64,000 nucleotides of DNA from NCBI GenBank assembly GCA_902826025.1, contig CADEDH010000010.1, positions 55,146 through 119,145 of the forward strand, given 5' to 3'. How positions within the stretch are numbered: position 1 is the first letter of the stretch; each line of letters starts with the position of its first letter. This DNA comes from an uncultured Actinomycetes bacterium. Its GTDB lineage: Bacteria > Actinomycetota > Acidimicrobiia > Acidimicrobiales > SZUA-35. Both the position numbers and the translations under genes were made by a program. This document shows, in pieces, positions 61,489-64,000 of this stretch. Under the pieces are notes generated by a model. That model saw nothing but the letters and a program-made list of their open reading frames with translations, was not told the origin of the DNA and did not search any database.

Positions 61489-62844
61489 TCAGTCCGTCCC
61501 CGCCTTCGGCGACGCAAGGTAGGGAAACTTCGCCGCCAGCGGCACATCGTTGGCGTCGACGCCGTCACCGAGATCCTTGTTTGGTGAGATGTTGAACTCG
61601 GGCGAGAACGCCGTGGCACCGGCCAGCGCCCGGATCTCGATATCGACCACATCGTCGGTCAGCGTGCGCCCGTTGGGGAAGCCCGACTTGGCGATGTCGG
61701 TGTTCAGACGCAGCATCTCCGCCGGCTTGACGCCCTTGGGCTGGTTGAGCCCTGGGATCCCAGTCAGGAAGATCGTGGCGATGTCCTCCCGACCTCCCAG
61801 GCCGAGCCCGGCGTCCACCTCGGTGGGCACCTTGACCCCCGGATACAGGACCGGGATCAGGCCGGCCAGCTCGGGCTTGATGACGTGATCGAGGAACTGG
61901 GCGTCCTGCGACGGACGAGAGGCGTTGAAGCGGTCCTTCTTGCCCATCGGGATCACGACCTCGTTCACCAGCGGCTGGCCTAGGCGCGAGACCTGAACCC
62001 AGTCGCCGACGCTCTTCACCGAACCGGTATCACTGGCGATACGGGTTGCCTTGCGGTGGGTCGTGGCCCACACCCCGATCACCGGATCGTCGTCGACCAG
62101 CCGGTCGATCGGGACCTGGAGGGCCAGGGTGTGCACGTTCAGGCCGGCCACGTAGTCCTCACCGTCTTCGGCGGGGAGGGGAATGAGGTGGGCCGGGTTG
62201 AACGGCCGAAGGCCACCGAGATCGAAGATCGATCCGAGATCGACGAAGAAGGCGTCGTCGCGGGGACCGGCGAAGGTGGTGATGCCGCCCGACAGCTGCT
62301 TGACCGCCGGGGCGGCCAGGTTCGACTCGTAGTTGGGCGTCGAGCGCTCTCCCACGTTGGTCGGTGCCACCGGGATGTTGCGGCCGAGCACCCGGCTCCG
62401 GCCCTGCTCGTCGACCTCGGTGAGGGTGTAGGTCTGGCGAACACTGAGGTCGGGGTCCTCGAGCTTGGTGACTTGGCCGGTGTTGTACAGGAACGTCCCG
62501 GGGTTGGCGGTCGTCGTGGTGAACCGGAACTGGTAGCGGGTGTCGGCCCGGGCGTCGCCGTCGTTGTCGACGTTGATCTGGTAGAGGACGTCGTCGCCGA
62601 ACTGGTAGAAGTTGGGCCCGCCCGCCGGCTGCTCGAACGGGATCACGTTGGCGATGAGGGTCACCGTGTCCGGGGCGTCAGGGCTGACGAAGGCGTAGAC
62701 GTCGGTGAGATCGGTCACCGGGTCCTGCGATGAGAGGGGGGCTTCGCGGTGGCTCGACGCCCCCGCGATCCCCATGGCGCCAGCGAGGATGCTGGCGGTG
62801 ATGCCGAGCGCGGGGAGCGCCCGGCGGGTCAGGTACGTGGGCAT
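61489..62844 (-). CDS. DUF4331-domain secreted protein
   Basis: ASSHREAPLSSQDPVTDLTDVYAFVSPD...NFYQFGDDVLYQINVDNDGD is the characteristic DUF4331 N-terminus, following a signal peptide. Confidence 0.8.
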   Translation of the reverse strand: MPTYLTRRALPALGITASILAGAMGIAGASSHREAPLSSQDPVTDLTDVYAFVSPDAPDTVTLIANVIPFEQPAGGPNFYQFGDDVLYQINVDNDGDARADTRYQFRFTTTTANPGTFLYNTGQVTKLEDPDLSVRQTYTLTEVDEQGRSRVLGRNIPVAPTNVGERSTPNYESNLAAPAVKQLSGGITTFAGPRDDAFFVDLGSIFDLGGLRPFNPAHLIPLPAEDGEDYVAGLNVHTLALQVPIDRLVDDDPVIGVWATTHRKATRIASDTGSVKSVGDWVQVSRLGQPLVNEVVIPMGKKDRFNASRPSQDAQFLDHVIKPELAGLIPVLYPGVKVPTEVDAGLGLGGREDIATIFLTGIPGLNQPKGVKPAEMLRLNTDIAKSGFPNGRTLTDDVVDIEIRALAGATAFSPEFNISPNKDLGDGVDANDVPLAAKFPYLASPKAGTD

Positions 62845-62958
62845 GGGAATCGTCTTTCGTTCGGCCGGATGAATCGGCGGGGTTGTGATGCGGTGCTGGC
62901 AGCACCGATGGGCCGGCCACGCGTCGACCGGACCAACGTTGATGCCAACTCCCGAGGA

Positions 62959-63834
62959 TCAGCTGGCAACACCGACGACGACCCAGTGGTCGTCATAGGG
63001 CGCCGTCACGACCGAGATGGTCAGAGGCGCTGAGATCGGGACGGTGCGGGTCCACCGCAGGGCGTCGGGCCCGAAGGCGGCGACGACCTGAGCGGTCATG
63101 GCGTCCTCCAACGGTGCCGGCGGCCCGGCGACGACCGTTCCTTCGAGCTGGCACAGCTCGTCGCCGAGGGCAGGCGACCCGAGAAGCGATCCCTCGTACT
63201 CGCCGTCGACCCGGCACTCCTGGCGGGCCGCGGCCCAGAGTTCGGCTGCCTCGGTGGCGCCTTGTTCATCGGGGAGGATCGGCTCGAGCGACGAGCCGCT
63301 CAGGTCGATCCTCCAACCGCCGTCCTCGGCCACCACCATCCAGTCGACCGTGGCCTGGCGAGGGACGAACCCGCTGACCTCGTCGAGGCGGGGTTCGAGC
63401 GCCAGCTCGCTCGCCACCACCACCGTGGTCACGCCGGACGCGGCATCCCCGGCCGCCGGGTCGATCTGGAACTCGACGATCGTCGGTCGCTGCGGAGCCG
63501 AGTCGACCCACTCACCGATCGATCCGACATCGTCCTGCGACTCCCTCGATAGAGCGCCGTAGGACCGGTCGAGTGTCCCGTCGACCTCGGCTGCCAGGTA
63601 GCGCCGCACCGCCTCGACCGGATTGGTTGCCGGTGGCTCGGACAGGGCGGCTTCCTGATCGGCGGGCGCATCGAAGGTCGGTACATCGACCCGCTCCGCT
63701 GGGACGACCGAGTCGAGCGGCGACGGTGCCGACCGGGGGCCGTCGGCCGCTGAGCATCCAGCGAGCAGGGTGACCAGCCCGGACGCAGCCGCGATCATCA
63801 CTGCGGTCCGGTTTCGTGTCGCCGTTGATTTCAT
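62959..63834 (-). CDS. Lipoprotein of unknown function
   Basis: MKSTATRNRTAVMIAAASGLVTLLAGCSA (lipobox). Start at the ATG at 63834. Confidence 0.6.
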   Translation of the reverse strand: MKSTATRNRTAVMIAAASGLVTLLAGCSAADGPRSAPSPLDSVVPAERVDVPTFDAPADQEAALSEPPATNPVEAVRRYLAAEVDGTLDRSYGALSRESQDDVGSIGEWVDSAPQRPTIVEFQIDPAAGDAASGVTTVVVASELALEPRLDEVSGFVPRQATVDWMVVAEDGGWRIDLSGSSLEPILPDEQGATEAAELWAAARQECRVDGEYEGSLLGSPALGDELCQLEGTVVAGPPAPLEDAMTAQVVAAFGPDALRWTRTVPISAPLTISVVTAPYDDHWVVVGVAS

Positions 63835-64000
63835 GCCCCGGCTTCGTGGCCGGCCGACCGCTGGATTGGAGGATCCAACCGGAAGGGCTGGCAACCCGGT
63901 TGGAGCAGGGCGCAGATGGCCGCTGCGCAGTCCGTAGAACGGTGTGGAGTCTCCGCTCTCGACGAGCTGACCATGCTGATCGGGCCGGACCCCAACAGGG

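Noticed and set aside
60116-61522. 468-aa plus-strand ORF opposite the TPR protein gene.
   Set aside because: Gly/Arg-rich shadow ORF. The minus frame has a signal sequence and TPR-like periodicity and is contiguous with the DUF4331 gene.
62891-62907. Near-palindrome cggtgctggcagcaccg between the lipoprotein gene and the DUF4331 gene.
   Set aside because: A 7-bp stem with a 3-nt loop and no U-tail. It is too small to call a terminator or operator without transcript data.
1-64000. Scan for rRNA, tRNA, CRISPR arrays, transposases/integrases, toxin-antitoxin pairs and classical phage-defence genes.
   Set aside because: I recognised none by eye in any intergenic region or ORF. tRNA and ncRNA absence in particular should be confirmed with tRNAscan-SE and Infernal.

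Overview
This is a high-G+C, actinobacterial-type chromosomal segment with about 60 protein-coding genes. I recognised no rRNA, tRNA, CRISPR array, transposase or integrase. Many long ORFs in the supplied track are Arg/Pro/Gly-rich antisense or off-frame artefacts of the G+C content. I kept only ORFs with recognisable family motifs, sensible starts (RBS or start/stop coupling) or clear signal-peptide or transmembrane character.

Layout:
- 0-34 kb is core-like metabolism and envelope genes. It includes a translationally coupled PIG-L / GT2 / ACAD-like / methyltransferase cassette, a STAND ATPase with a C-terminal cyclase next to an unusual heme peroxidase, recQ, a Ser/Thr kinase fused to PBP1 and OmpA-like domains, a GT2/NUDIX/DUF2064 glyco-cluster, and a TlpA-like lipoprotein.
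- About 34-52 kb looks compositionally patchy, with stretches of lower G+C. It carries regulators (an atypical LuxR receiver protein and an inverted P-loop/SARP regulator).
- 52-64 kb holds lipid-type enzymes, an ECF sigma module with a duplicated promoter motif, and a DUF4331/TPR envelope operon.

Top candidates:
1. A nine-gene coupled operon at 39.7-50.4 kb, plus a divergent FAD monooxygenase. It joins a complete chorismate-to-3-hydroxyanthranilate cassette to a PaaK/F390-type ligase, an amidohydrolase and a LuxE/LuxC-like ligase/reductase pair. I read it as an unusual benzoxazole-type or otherwise aminophenol-derived biosynthetic cluster with no PKS, NRPS or carrier protein.
2. The TlpA-like lipoprotein has an in-frame TGA exactly where the first Cys of its CxxC motif belongs, followed by a G+C-rich hairpin. 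It is either a selenocysteine candidate or a very recent pseudogene.

All family assignments come from motif recognition by eye and need database confirmation.
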